The notes under the pieces: generated by a model | What the model was told of the DNA's origin: nothing | Databases searched by the model: none | What the model saw: only the letters and a program-made list of their open reading frames with translations | Source of the DNA: Roseburia sp. | GTDB taxonomy: Bacteria > Bacillota > Clostridia > Lachnospirales > Lachnospiraceae | Direction of reading: 5' to 3' | Length of the DNA: 64,000 bases | NCBI GenBank assembly: GCA_041336395.1 | Contig: JBGKWP010000007.1 | Span: 165,845-229,844 of the forward strand | Part shown: positions 39,344 through 49,674 of the stretch, in pieces | How the letters are laid out: each line of letters begins with the position of its first letter | How positions within the stretch are numbered: the stretch's first letter is position 1 | Program-made: the position numbers and the translations under genes

Positions 39344-41581
39344 TTATCGCTTTGTCCCCTTTGTGTCCCTGTTTCCGACACGGATCCGGTTCAGCACAAC
39401 TTCTTTTCCCTTGACCTCAACGGTGTGTTCCGTCTCACCGTCTAGCAGGTAGATATTGCTTAATGCATCCCCTGCTGCTAACTTCATTCCACGGACACCG
39501 ACGGCGCCCTTCTTCTTCTCCGGAATGGTTTCCACTTCGATCCGCAGGAACATATCCTTCTCCGACTGCATGACAATCGTCTCATCGCCCTTTATGGCAT
39601 GGACAACTAACAGCTCGTCCTCCTCATTCAGCTTTGTTGCAGCTGTCGTGCGCTTCGCCACATCGAACTCACTGCCGTCTACCACCTTAAGCATTGCCAT
39701 CTTTGTTCCAAATAACACCTTGGTGGCACTGATCTCTCCAAGGCTTGTAATGTATACAATATTCTCCCGGCTGCTGTCGTAGTTGCTCAGGTTGTCAATC
39801 GGGATTCCCTTGTCGCGGAACTTGCCATATGGCAAATCTAACACCTTCAGCAGATGCATCTGACCTTTATCCGTGAAAATACAGATCTTGTCCGTATTCC
39901 TGCACGTCAGAATATAGCGGTTCTCGTTGTCCGCTGCCTCCCTGTTTCTCTCGTAAATGCTCGTGTCCACGGTCTTGGCATAGCCGAAACGGTCCATCAG
40001 GAACACGACATCTGTCTCCTCGATCTTCTTCTCCTCCACAACCGCTTCCTCTAAGTTGTCAACCACCGTTCTGCGCGCTCTCGCATACTGCTTCTTATAG
40101 GCAGCAAGCTCCTGAATAATCACTTTCGCCATCGTTGCACGGTTCTCTAAGATCTCCTCGTACTCTGCGATGTTCTTCATCGTCTGGTCATGTTCCTTCA
40201 TGAGTGCTTCTAATTCCAGACCGATCAGCTTCTGTAAGCGCATTTCTAAAATTGCAGTTGTCTGGCGTTCGGTAAAGTGGAGCTCTGATGCAAGCTTTCT
40301 CGATTCCTCTGATTTAAACTTAATCGGATCCGTCACACCGTCTGTCAGACAGGCTCTCGCCTCCTTCACGTTCTTACTTCCGCGCAGGATCTCAATAATC
40401 AGGTCAATGACATCGCAGGCTTTGATGAGTCCTTCCTGGATCTCCCTCTTCTCGAGTTCTTTGCGAAGTAACGTCTGATACTTTCTGGTTGCAAGCTCGA
40501 ACTGGAAATTCACATGATGACGTATAATTGGCACTAACCCAAGAGTCTCCGGTCTTCCGTCTGCAACGGCTAACATATTCACGCCGAAGGTATCTTCCAG
40601 CTTGGTCTTCTTATATAACAGATTGATCAGGTTCTTCGTGTCCGCGCCCTTTCTGAGCTCTAGCACAATTCGGATTCCCTCTTTCGAGGACTGGTTTGTG
40701 ATGTCCACGATATCGTTCGTCTTCTTCGTCTCCACAAGACCGTAGACGTCATTCAAAAACTTTCCGATATTAGCACCAATCATCGTATATGGGATCTCTG
40801 TGATGACAAGCCGCTCCTTGCCGCCCTTCACCTGTTCCACTTCTACTTTTCCACGGATCTTAATCTTGCCTGTACCGGTAGTATAAATCTGTCTCAGATC
40901 ATCTTTGTTTGCGATAATACCTCCGGTCGGAAAATCCGGTCCCGGAATGTATTCCATCATCTGTTCGGTATTGATATCCGGGTTCTTAATATAGGCAATG
41001 ACACCGTCAATCACTTCACCAAGATTGTGCGGCGGTGTACTTGTCACCATACCTACCGCGATACCATCCGAGCCGTTCACCAAAAGGTTTGGGATCTTCA
41101 CCGGAAGTACCTCCGGCTCCTTCTCTGTCTCATCAAAGTTTGGGACAAAATTAACGACATCCTTGTCTAAGTCCGCCAGAAACGCTTCCTGCGTGATCTT
41201 CTGCAGACGCGCTTCCGTGTATCGCATGGCAGCTGCGCCATCTCCTTCGATGGAACCGAAGTTGCCGTGCCCGTCCACAAGCGGAAGCCCTTTCTTGAAC
41301 TCCTGTGCCATCACCACGAGCGCATCATAAATCGAGCTGTCACCGTGCGGATGATATTTACCCATGGTATCGCCGACAATACGCGCACATTTCCGGTACG
41401 GTTTGTCATAGCGGATGCCTAGTTCATACATATCATATAAGGTTCGGCGCTGAACCGGCTTCAATCCATCCCGGACATCCGGCAGAGCTCTCGCGATGAT
41501 GACACTCATCGCATAATCAATATAAGATTTCTGCATCAGTTCCGAATATTCGGTACGGATGATCTGTTCTTCCTGTATCAT
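39344..41581 (-). CDS. parC: Type IIA topoisomerase subunit A, topoisomerase IV (ParC)-like
   Basis: RALPDVRDGLKPVQRR, YHPHGDSS, AAMRYTE; short C-terminal domain with no recognisable GyrA-box. Confidence 0.8.
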   Translation of the reverse strand: MIQEEQIIRTEYSELMQKSYIDYAMSVIIARALPDVRDGLKPVQRRTLYDMYELGIRYDKPYRKCARIVGDTMGKYHPHGDSSIYDALVVMAQEFKKGLPLVDGHGNFGSIEGDGAAAMRYTEARLQKITQEAFLADLDKDVVNFVPNFDETEKEPEVLPVKIPNLLVNGSDGIAVGMVTSTPPHNLGEVIDGVIAYIKNPDINTEQMMEYIPGPDFPTGGIIANKDDLRQIYTTGTGKIKIRGKVEVEQVKGGKERLVITEIPYTMIGANIGKFLNDVYGLVETKKTNDIVDITNQSSKEGIRIVLELRKGADTKNLINLLYKKTKLEDTFGVNMLAVADGRPETLGLVPIIRHHVNFQFELATRKYQTLLRKELEKREIQEGLIKACDVIDLIIEILRGSKNVKEARACLTDGVTDPIKFKSEESRKLASELHFTERQTTAILEMRLQKLIGLELEALMKEHDQTMKNIAEYEEILENRATMAKVIIQELAAYKKQYARARRTVVDNLEEAVVEEKKIEETDVVFLMDRFGYAKTVDTSIYERNREAADNENRYILTCRNTDKICIFTDKGQMHLLKVLDLPYGKFRDKGIPIDNLSNYDSSRENIVYITSLGEISATKVLFGTKMAMLKVVDGSEFDVAKRTTAATKLNEEDELLVVHAIKGDETIVMQSEKDMFLRIEVETIPEKKKGAVGVRGMKLAAGDALSNIYLLDGETEHTVEVKGKEVVLNRIRVGNRDTKGTKR

Positions 41582-41626
41582 AGTTAAAAAACCTCTTTCA
41601 ATTTCTGTCTACCATTCTGTCTCTCT

Positions 41627-43546
41627 TTACACGTCAAGCTCCGCATCATGTGCATGCTCGTAGATGAACGTCTTTCTCGGAGGGACGTCATTTCCCATGA
41701 GAAGCTCCGTGATATCCGATGCCATACGTCCATCTTCAATCTCAATCTGTTTGAGCATCCGCGTCTTCGGATTCAGTGTTGTCTCCCAGAGCTGTTCTGC
41801 ATCCATCTCACCAAGACCTTTGTAGCGCTGTAACGTAAAGTTACTTCCCTTATGCGTCCTTCTGTACTTCTCAAGGGCAGCGTCATCGTACAGATACTCT
41901 TCCTCCCCGCCCTTAGAAGGAATCACTTTGTACAGAGGCGGCATCGCTACATACACATGTCCCTCATAAATGAGCTCCGGCATAAAACGGTAAAATAACG
42001 TCAGAAGCAGTGTGGAGATATGCGCACCGTCCACATCGGCATCCGCCATAATAATAATCTTGTCATAGCGGAGCTTCGCAATATCGAAGTCATTTCCATA
42101 TCCTTCTGAGAAACCACAACCGAACGCGTTAATCATCGTCTTGATCTCCGCATTCGCCAGCACCTTGTCAATGCTTGCCTTCTCTACATTTAAGATCTTT
42201 CCACGGATTGGAAGGATCGCCTGATAATTCCTGTCACGCGCTGTCTTCGCAGAACCACCCGCAGAATCTCCCTCCACGATAAAAATCTCGCAGATGGAAG
42301 CATCCCTGCTCTCGCAGTTCGCCAGCTTTCCATTTGAATCGAAGGAGAACTTCTGCTTTGTGAGCAGGTTCGTCTTGGCACGCTCCTCCGTCTTACGGAT
42401 CTTCGCTGCCTTCTCCGCACAGGAGATGACAGCCTTCAACGTCTCTAAATTCTTATCGAAAAAGAGCTGGATCTCATCGCCCGTCACCTTTGCCGTCGCC
42501 TTGGCCGCATCCTGATTGTCAAGTTTCGTCTTCGTCTGTCCCTCAAAACGCGGATCCGGGTGTTTAATAGATATTACAGCCGTCATTCCATTTCGGACAT
42601 CTGCACCGGTGAAGTTCACATCCTTCTCTTTTAAAATGCCAAGCTCCCTCGCATAGGAATTGATCACCGTTGTAAATACCGTCTTAAACCCTGTGATATG
42701 GGTTCCACCCTCAGCATTAAAAATATTATTACAGAAACCTAAAATATTCTCATGAAATTCATTCGTATACTGGAATGCTGCTTCCACCGTAATCCCTTCG
42801 GACTCTCCCTTAAAATATACGACATCGTGCAGCACTTCCGTGTTCTTATTCAGATCCTTGACAAAGCCACGGATTCCCTCTTCTTCATGGTAGACAATAT
42901 GCTCCACTTCCTCGCCTCTGCGATCCTCATAAATAATCGTGAGCATCGGGTTTAAATAAGCGGTCTCATGCATGCGGCTCTTGATCTCATCTTCCTTAAA
43001 ACGGGTCTTCTCAAAAATCTCCGGATCCGGAAGGAAATTCACCTTCGTTCCGGTCTTCTTCGTCTTCGCAATCTTCGGGAGCAGTCCGTTCTCTAACTCC
43101 ACAACCGGAACCCCTCTCTCATAGCGATCATGATGCACATAGCCTTCCCTGCTGATCTCCACATCCATATAAGTAGACAATGCATTCACAACAGAAGAAC
43201 CTACGCCGTGCAGACCCCCGCTCGTCTTATAAGCGGAATCGTCAAACTTTCCGCCGGCATGCAGCGTTGTATACACGATACGTGCCGCAGATACACCCTT
43301 CGCATGCATGCCGACCGGCACACCACGTCCGTTATCCTCCACGGTACAGGAACCGTCCTTCTCGAGTGTCACACGGATTGTATCACACGCCCCTGCCAAA
43401 TGCTCGTCCACAGAGTTGTCGACGATCTCATACACAAGGTGGTTCAACCCCTTTCTGGAAACACTTCCGATATACATTCCCGGTCTCTTCCGTACAGCCT
43501 CAAGTCCTTCTAAGACGGATATGCTGTGCTCATCATAACTTGCCAT
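41627..43546 (-). CDS. parE: Type IIA topoisomerase subunit B (ParE/GyrB-like)
   Basis: EAVRKRPGMYIG, LHAGGKF, GGLHGVG, VEGDSAGG, DADVDGAHI, RYKGLGEM. Confidence 0.8.
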   Translation of the reverse strand: MASYDEHSISVLEGLEAVRKRPGMYIGSVSRKGLNHLVYEIVDNSVDEHLAGACDTIRVTLEKDGSCTVEDNGRGVPVGMHAKGVSAARIVYTTLHAGGKFDDSAYKTSGGLHGVGSSVVNALSTYMDVEISREGYVHHDRYERGVPVVELENGLLPKIAKTKKTGTKVNFLPDPEIFEKTRFKEDEIKSRMHETAYLNPMLTIIYEDRRGEEVEHIVYHEEEGIRGFVKDLNKNTEVLHDVVYFKGESEGITVEAAFQYTNEFHENILGFCNNIFNAEGGTHITGFKTVFTTVINSYARELGILKEKDVNFTGADVRNGMTAVISIKHPDPRFEGQTKTKLDNQDAAKATAKVTGDEIQLFFDKNLETLKAVISCAEKAAKIRKTEERAKTNLLTKQKFSFDSNGKLANCESRDASICEIFIVEGDSAGGSAKTARDRNYQAILPIRGKILNVEKASIDKVLANAEIKTMINAFGCGFSEGYGNDFDIAKLRYDKIIIMADADVDGAHISTLLLTLFYRFMPELIYEGHVYVAMPPLYKVIPSKGGEEEYLYDDAALEKYRRTHKGSNFTLQRYKGLGEMDAEQLWETTLNPKTRMLKQIEIEDGRMASDITELLMGNDVPPRKTFIYEHAHDAELDV

Positions 43547-43619
43547 TTCTTACCTCACTGTCTTTTTCTATTTCCAGACGGCACTCCTCTTTCCTGTGCC
43601 GTTCTTTCCCATCATTCTT

Positions 43620-44702
43620 CTAGTCTTCACTCTTCTGCTGATTCATATGCGCAATGACCATCATCGCGATCTTAAATGTCATCGCATCATCAAACCGGCG
43701 GATATCAAGACCGATGGAGCGCTGTAAACGCTCTAACCGGTACACCAGTGTATTTCTGTGCACATAAAGCTGTCTTGCAGTCTCTGAGATATTCAGGTTA
43801 TTCTCGAAGAACTTCTGGATTGTCACACTGATCTCTTCGTTAAATACATCCGGTATCTCATCCCCAAATACCTCATGGATAAACATCTCACACAGGCTCA
43901 TCGGAAGCTGGTAAATCAGTCTGCCGATGCCAAGCAGATTGTAAGCGATGATCTCACGCTCTGCATAGAAGATTCTTCCCACCTCAAGTGCCATCTTCGC
44001 CTCCTGATAAGACTTTGCGATATCCTGTAAATTATTCACACGATTGCCGTAACCGACACGCACCTTCACCATGGCCTCCGCATGCATATTGTCCACGATC
44101 ATGCTCGCAAGGCTTCTTAAGCTGTCCTCCCCCTGCATATCGCGGGTGTCCTTGATCAGGATAATACTCTGCTCATCCACCTCTGTCACGTAATCCCTTG
44201 TCTTCGTCACAAACAGATTCTTCACGGTCTCCATCGCGGTGGAATCCTTCTTCCCCTCGATCTCGATCACATAGACGACACGCTCTGCCTGTTCGACATG
44301 GAGCTTCTGTGCTTTGTTGTACATATCCACAACAAGCATATTGCCGAGAAGAATGTTCTGCATAAAGTTATTCCGGTCGAACTGTTCCATATAGGCTGCT
44401 ACAATATTTCGGATCTGGCATACCGCAAGCCGTCCTACCATATAGGCATCTTCTCCGGATACCTTCGTCAGAAGAATATATTCCACTTCCCCTTCGACCA
44501 CTACCTTAAAGAAATGGCAGCCGGAAAGCATCTGACTCTCAGCCATGGACGCTGCAAACATCGTCACAGCTTCTTCCATATTCCCCTCCGGTTCAAATGT
44601 AGTGGCCACAAGCTTGCCTTTTTCCGAATATAATGCCAGATCAATCTTGGAAATCTCCTTAATCTCTTCTAACGCAGTCTGAATCTTATGATTTGAAACC
44701 AT
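43620..44702 (-). CDS. CdaR/PucR-family transcriptional regulator
   Basis: C-terminal HTH FFENNLNISETARQLYVHRNTLVYRL; ATG 44702 after AAAGGAAGG. Confidence 0.92.
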   Translation of the reverse strand: MVSNHKIQTALEEIKEISKIDLALYSEKGKLVATTFEPEGNMEEAVTMFAASMAESQMLSGCHFFKVVVEGEVEYILLTKVSGEDAYMVGRLAVCQIRNIVAAYMEQFDRNNFMQNILLGNMLVVDMYNKAQKLHVEQAERVVYVIEIEGKKDSTAMETVKNLFVTKTRDYVTEVDEQSIILIKDTRDMQGEDSLRSLASMIVDNMHAEAMVKVRVGYGNRVNNLQDIAKSYQEAKMALEVGRIFYAEREIIAYNLLGIGRLIYQLPMSLCEMFIHEVFGDEIPDVFNEEISVTIQKFFENNLNISETARQLYVHRNTLVYRLERLQRSIGLDIRRFDDAMTFKIAMMVIAHMNQQKSED

Positions 44703-44785
44703 AGTCGTCCTTCCTTTCTTCCACTTATTATACAGAACATCTGTTCTGCTTGCAATATAAAAATGATTTTTCTTTCTCTGAACCG

Positions 44786-44818
44786 AAAAACACTGGGTAC
44801 ATAACTGCACCCAGTGTT
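44786..44818 (-). terminator. Intrinsic terminator after the sugar ABC ATPase gene
   Basis: AACACTGGGT / ACCCAGTGTT stem followed by a T-run. Confidence 0.85.
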
Positions 44819-44846
44819 ATCATTGAGCTTATTTGATTTTACCGAA

Positions 44847-45959
44847 TTAGTTGGTAATTGTCAATTCTGTTTCTTTGTCGAAGCAGTGAATCTTCTCAGG
44901 ATCAAGAGCTAACTTGATATGGTCTCCCATACGAGCTGTTGTTCTGGAATCAACTTTTGCTGTCATAGCTGTTCCTGCAACTTTGAAGTATAATAATACT
45001 TCTGATCCTAATAATTCGTATCCTGTTACGTCTGTCTCGAAGGAAGCATCCTTGTGAGCTTCAATCTCGATCTGGGAATCACCGATATCTTCCGGTCTGA
45101 TACCCATAACAACTGTCTTTCCGTTGTATCCGCCATCAATCATCTTCTTAGCTTTTGCTGGAGGAAGGACTACAGATGTACTCTCAAAGTTCAGAGTTAC
45201 TTTCTCACCTTCTACTTTACATACAGCATCGATGAAGTTCATCTGTGGAGATCCGATGAATCCGGCTACGAATAAGTTGTTAGGCTCATTGTATAATTTC
45301 TGTGGAGAATCAACCTGCATGATAACACCATCTTTTAATACAACGATTCTGGTACCTAATGTCATAGCCTCTGTCTGATCATGTGTTACATAAATGATTG
45401 TAGCTTTTAATCTGTTATGTAAGGAAGCGATCTCAGAACGCATCTGTACACGTAACTTAGCATCCAGGTTGGAAAGCGGCTCGTCCATAAGGAATACCTT
45501 AGGATTACGAACGATTGCACGTCCCATAGCAACACGCTGTCTCTGTCCACCGGATAAAGCCTTTGGCTTACGGTCTAATAATTTCTCAAGGTCGAGGATC
45601 TTAGCAGCTTCTTCTACTTTTTTCTTGATCTCATCCTTCGGAACTTTTCTTAACTTTAATCCGAATGCCATATTGTCAAATACAGTCATATGTGGATATA
45701 ATGCGTAGTTCTGGAATACCATCGCGATATCTCTGTCTTTTGGCTCAACATCATTCATAAGCTTTCCGTCGATCTTTAACTCACCGGAAGAAATCTCCTC
45801 AAGACCAGCGATCATACGAAGTGTAGTAGATTTACCACATCCGGATGGTCCTACGAAGATGATGAACTCCTGATCTTCTACTTCAAGGTTGAAATCCTTA
45901 ACAGCTTCAAAACCGTTAGGATATACTTTACAAATGTTCTTTAATGATAAACTTGCCAT
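44847..45959 (-). CDS. Multiple-sugar ABC transporter ATPase (MsmX/MalK/UgpC type)
   Basis: GPSGCGKST, VFQNYALYPHM, LSGGQRQR, DEPLSNLDAKLR, FIGSPQMN; codon usage resembles the ribosomal protein genes. Confidence 0.95.
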   Translation of the reverse strand: MASLSLKNICKVYPNGFEAVKDFNLEVEDQEFIIFVGPSGCGKSTTLRMIAGLEEISSGELKIDGKLMNDVEPKDRDIAMVFQNYALYPHMTVFDNMAFGLKLRKVPKDEIKKKVEEAAKILDLEKLLDRKPKALSGGQRQRVAMGRAIVRNPKVFLMDEPLSNLDAKLRVQMRSEIASLHNRLKATIIYVTHDQTEAMTLGTRIVVLKDGVIMQVDSPQKLYNEPNNLFVAGFIGSPQMNFIDAVCKVEGEKVTLNFESTSVVLPPAKAKKMIDGGYNGKTVVMGIRPEDIGDSQIEIEAHKDASFETDVTGYELLGSEVLLYFKVAGTAMTAKVDSRTTARMGDHIKLALDPEKIHCFDKETELTITN

Positions 45960-46034
45960 TGGTCTAATACCTCCTGATATTGTGTTCGTTTTTCGTTATA
46001 CTTACTATACAAAAAAGCAGCCAAAAACACCATA

Positions 46035-46079
46035 TGTTACCTCCACAAAGAATTTTCCTGTTTCTTGTGGAATGTCACA
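46035..46079. promoter_or_regulatory. Inverted-repeat operator upstream of the sugar ATPase gene
   Basis: TGTTACCTCCACAA (46035-46048), 16 bp spacer, TTGTGGAATGTCACA (46065-46079). Confidence 0.45.
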
Positions 46080-46152
46080 GTGTTTTTGGCTGTTTCTAAC
46101 AGGCTTGGGCAAGTTGTCCAAAATCCTCTTTCTTTTCCGTCAGTCTGACGAA

Positions 46153-46590
46153 TCACAATCTTCCCGTAGAACCAAAACCGCCCTCGCCGCGCTCGGTCTC
46201 ATCTAACTCATCCACTTCATCGAACTCCACAGACAGATATGGCATGACAACCATCTGTGCCACACGCTCCCCGCCCGCTACTACGCGCTCTGCATCGGTA
46301 TCATTGTGCACAGCGATGATAAATTCGCCGCGGTAATCGGAATCCACTACGCCGACACAATTTGCCGGGCGCAGCCCGCTCTTGCATGCAAGACCGCTCC
46401 GCGCAAAGATTGCGCCAAAGTATCCCTGTGGGATCTCCATGGCAAGGCCGGTTCCAATCATGACTGTCTCATGTGGCGGAATCACAGTGTCCTCCGTCGT
46501 CTTTACATAAAGGTCATAACCTGCTGCATCCACACTGCCTCTTGTCGGAAGTACAGCATGCTCATCTAATTTTTTCACACGGATCTTCAT
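46153..46590 (-). CDS. dut: dUTP diphosphatase
   Basis: AAGYDL, RSGLA, GVVDSDYRGE, RVAQ, RGEGGFGSTG. Confidence 0.97.
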   Translation of the reverse strand: MKIRVKKLDEHAVLPTRGSVDAAGYDLYVKTTEDTVIPPHETVMIGTGLAMEIPQGYFGAIFARSGLACKSGLRPANCVGVVDSDYRGEFIIAVHNDTDAERVVAGGERVAQMVVMPYLSVEFDEVDELDETERGEGGFGSTGRL

Positions 46591-46639
46591 CTTTTCTCTC
46601 CATTCCTGCAGCATTTCTCACGTCCTGCCGTCTGTTTTT

Positions 46640-47653
46640 CTATTCTTCCCAGCCGAGGTTGCTGTGTTCCATCTTTTTATCCCGTAACATTAGCTCATTT
46701 ACCGCTTCTTTTGCCGGCTTATCCTCGAAAAGGACACGGTTCACTTCCTCGATGATCGGCATTTCAACGTCATACTTCTTTGCAAGCGCGATCGCTGCTT
46801 TCGCGGAGTACACACCTTCCACAACCATCTTTACCTCATCCATCGCCTGCTGCATCGTATAGCCCTGTCCAATCAGCATACCCGCCTTGCGGTTACGGCT
46901 GTGCCTGCTCTCACAGGTTACGATCAGATCTCCGATCCCGGTGAGACCGTTCAATGTCTCTGCCTTGGCCCCCATGGTCGTGGCAAGCTTCGACATCTCA
47001 AACATCCCTCGTGTGATAAGCGCTGCCTTCGTATTGTCCCCGTATCCGAGACCATCTGCCATTCCGGCTGCCAAAGCAATGACATTCTTTAAGGAACCGC
47101 CTAATTCCATGCCAAGCACATCCGGGCTTGTATACACACGGAAAACACTGTTCATGAAAATATCCTGGATGCTCTCTGCCACTTTCCGTTTCTTCGCACC
47201 GGCTACTACAGTTGTTGGAAGTCCGATTCCCACTTCCTCCGCATGGCTCGGTCCGCACATCACGGCAACCTCTGCCTGTGGGATCTCCTGCTCCACGATA
47301 TCGGACAGTGTCATTAACGTGGTTTCCTCAATCCCCTTCGCCACACACACGATCACCTGGCCATTCTTCACGAAAGGTGCCATGCTCTTTGCGGTGTTTC
47401 TGGTGAAAACAGAAGGAACTGCTAAAATCAGGTATTCCCCGCTCTCCACTGCGGCTTTGAGATCCGTTGTAAATGTCATATCCTCCGGAAGCTTCACACC
47501 CGGAAGCTTCTGTAAATGTTCATGCTTTTCCCGGAGCATTGCGATCTCATCCTCCACGATAGACCACACCGTCACCTGATTTCCATTGGAATGCAATACC
47601 TTTGACAGGGCGATTCCCCAGCTTCCTGCTCCGATCACTGCAACATTTGCCAT
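46640..47653 (-). CDS. gpsA: NAD(P)H-dependent glycerol-3-phosphate dehydrogenase
   Basis: IGAGSWG, GPSHAEEV, LKNVIA, GDLIVTC...SRN. Confidence 0.96.
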   Translation of the reverse strand: MANVAVIGAGSWGIALSKVLHSNGNQVTVWSIVEDEIAMLREKHEHLQKLPGVKLPEDMTFTTDLKAAVESGEYLILAVPSVFTRNTAKSMAPFVKNGQVIVCVAKGIEETTLMTLSDIVEQEIPQAEVAVMCGPSHAEEVGIGLPTTVVAGAKKRKVAESIQDIFMNSVFRVYTSPDVLGMELGGSLKNVIALAAGMADGLGYGDNTKAALITRGMFEMSKLATTMGAKAETLNGLTGIGDLIVTCESRHSRNRKAGMLIGQGYTMQQAMDEVKMVVEGVYSAKAAIALAKKYDVEMPIIEEVNRVLFEDKPAKEAVNELMLRDKKMEHSNLGWEE

Positions 47654-47674
47654 TTTTCTTTCCTCGTTTCCCAT

Positions 47675-48319
47675 TTATTTCTTTTTTGATCCGAACTTAT
47701 TCTCCGTACCATTCATAAGGCGCCCGATATTTGCGCGGTGCTGCCAGATACCTAGCACGGTAAAACATGCAGTCAGTATGTAAAACTCTGTGCACACGGC
47801 TGCCGGAACTGCAATGATGCCAAGCTGACCGTAAAGCACCACCTGGACGAACACACTGATCAGTCCAAGAATAGATCCAAGCGATACATACTTCGTCACT
47901 GCAGTCGTTGCAATAAAAAGTCCAATGCTGACCGGTGCCACGATCGGAAATACGGCGAGTACCATGCCTCCGGTACAGGCAACCCCTTTTCCTCCCTTGA
48001 ACTTCAGGTAAAACGGAAAATTGTGTCCAAGCACTGCGCCAAATCCGGCGTAAAGCTCCAACAGAAGTATCTCGTTCGGATATGTCTTCCCGAAAACAGC
48101 CTTAATGATCAGTACTGCCGCAACTGTCTTAAGTACATCCCCAAGGCATGTGATAAGTCCCGCCTTCCATCCGAATGTCCGGAGGGTGTTCGTGGCTCCG
48201 GAATTGCCGCTTCCTTTCGTGCGGATATCTACGCCTTTCTTTTTTCCAATCAGATAGCCGGTCTCAAACAGTCCGCACACATAGCCGACCGCTACTGCGA
48301 TGATCCTTGCTGCGATCAT
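47675..48319 (-). CDS. plsY: Glycerol-3-phosphate acyltransferase PlsY
   Basis: [42 protein letters not shown]. Confidence 0.96.
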   Translation of the reverse strand: MIAARIIAVAVGYVCGLFETGYLIGKKKGVDIRTKGSGNSGATNTLRTFGWKAGLITCLGDVLKTVAAVLIIKAVFGKTYPNEILLLELYAGFGAVLGHNFPFYLKFKGGKGVACTGGMVLAVFPIVAPVSIGLFIATTAVTKYVSLGSILGLISVFVQVVLYGQLGIIAVPAAVCTEFYILTACFTVLGIWQHRANIGRLMNGTENKFGSKKK

Positions 48320-49644
48320 TTCTCATTTTCCTTCCTCTCTCTGATAATAAACCGCAGAGCCGTTCCCTTGAATCCGAACGTCTCACGGATCTGGTTCTCC
48401 AGATAACGTGTGTAGGAGAAGTGCATCAGCTCCTTGTCATTTACAAAGATGACGAATGTAGGTGGTTTTACCGATACCTGGGTGGTATAGTAGATTCTTA
48501 ATCTCTTACCCTTATCAGAAGGTGGCTGCTGCATGGCAACGGCTTCCGTCACGATCTCATTCAAAACACCGGTTGCCACACGCATGCTGTTATTTTCAAT
48601 GACAACATCGATCGTCTCAAAAATCTTATTCAGACGCTGTCCGGATTTTGCAGAGATAAAAATAATTTCCGCATACGGCATAAAGCTTAAAATATCGCGG
48701 ATCTTCTCGGTATGACGGTAAATGGTCTTGTCATCCTTCTCGATTGCGTCCCATTTGTTCACTGCGATAATGATTCCCTTGCCTCTGTCATGTGCGATTC
48801 CCGCAATCTTGGCATCCTGCTCGGTCACACCCTCTGTCGCGTCAATCACAATGATACAGACATCGGCACGCTCCACCGCCGTCACTGCACGGATAATACT
48901 ATAGCGCTCGATCTCTTCCTTGATCTTATTCTTACGTCTGAGTCCTGCTGTATCGATGAACACATATTCTTTGCCGTTATACTTAATATCAGTGTCGATC
49001 GCATCACGCGTCGTACCGGCGATATCCGATACAATCACACGGTCTTCCTGTGCAAGCTTGTTAATTAAGGATGATTTTCCAACATTCGGTTTTCCAATGA
49101 TTGCGATCTTTGGTCTCTCATCCTCAGCTTCCTCCTTGTTGTACTCCGGGAAATGCTTCACCACTTCATCTAACATATCCCCAAGCCCTAACATGGATGC
49201 TGCAGATACCGGGAACGGATCGCCGATTCCCAAGTTATAAAATTCATAGACATCCGCCATATATTTTTCGAAGCTGTCCACTTTATTTACAACAAGTACC
49301 ACCGGCTTTCCGGAACGGCGCAGCATATCTGCCACCTTCGCATCGGAATCCTGAAGTCCCTGTCTGACATCTGTCAGGAAAATAATCACATCCGCAGTTG
49401 CGATCGCGATCTCCGCCTGTTCCCTCATCTGGGAAAGAATAATATCCTTGCTGTCCGGCTCAATACCGCCGGTGTCAATCATCGTGAAATTGTGGTCGAG
49501 CCAGGACACTTCTGCATAAATTCTGTCCCTGGTCACGCCCGGTGTGTCCTTTACAATCGAGATACGCTCTCCTGCAAGTACGTTAAACAGTGTAGACTTT
49601 CCGACATTTGGACGTCCTACAATGGCTACTACTGGTTTACTCAT
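48316..49644 (-). CDS. der: Ribosome biogenesis GTPase Der (EngA)
   Basis: Two tandem G domains (GRPNVGKS and GKPNVGKS) followed by a KH-like C-terminus. Confidence 0.98.
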   Translation of the reverse strand: MSKPVVAIVGRPNVGKSTLFNVLAGERISIVKDTPGVTRDRIYAEVSWLDHNFTMIDTGGIEPDSKDIILSQMREQAEIAIATADVIIFLTDVRQGLQDSDAKVADMLRRSGKPVVLVVNKVDSFEKYMADVYEFYNLGIGDPFPVSAASMLGLGDMLDEVVKHFPEYNKEEAEDERPKIAIIGKPNVGKSSLINKLAQEDRVIVSDIAGTTRDAIDTDIKYNGKEYVFIDTAGLRRKNKIKEEIERYSIIRAVTAVERADVCIIVIDATEGVTEQDAKIAGIAHDRGKGIIIAVNKWDAIEKDDKTIYRHTEKIRDILSFMPYAEIIFISAKSGQRLNKIFETIDVVIENNSMRVATGVLNEIVTEAVAMQQPPSDKGKRLRIYYTTQVSVKPPTFVIFVNDKELMHFSYTRYLENQIRETFGFKGTALRFIIRERKENEK

Positions 49645-49674
49645 CTATTTACTCCTTTTCTTCTTATCTATTAT

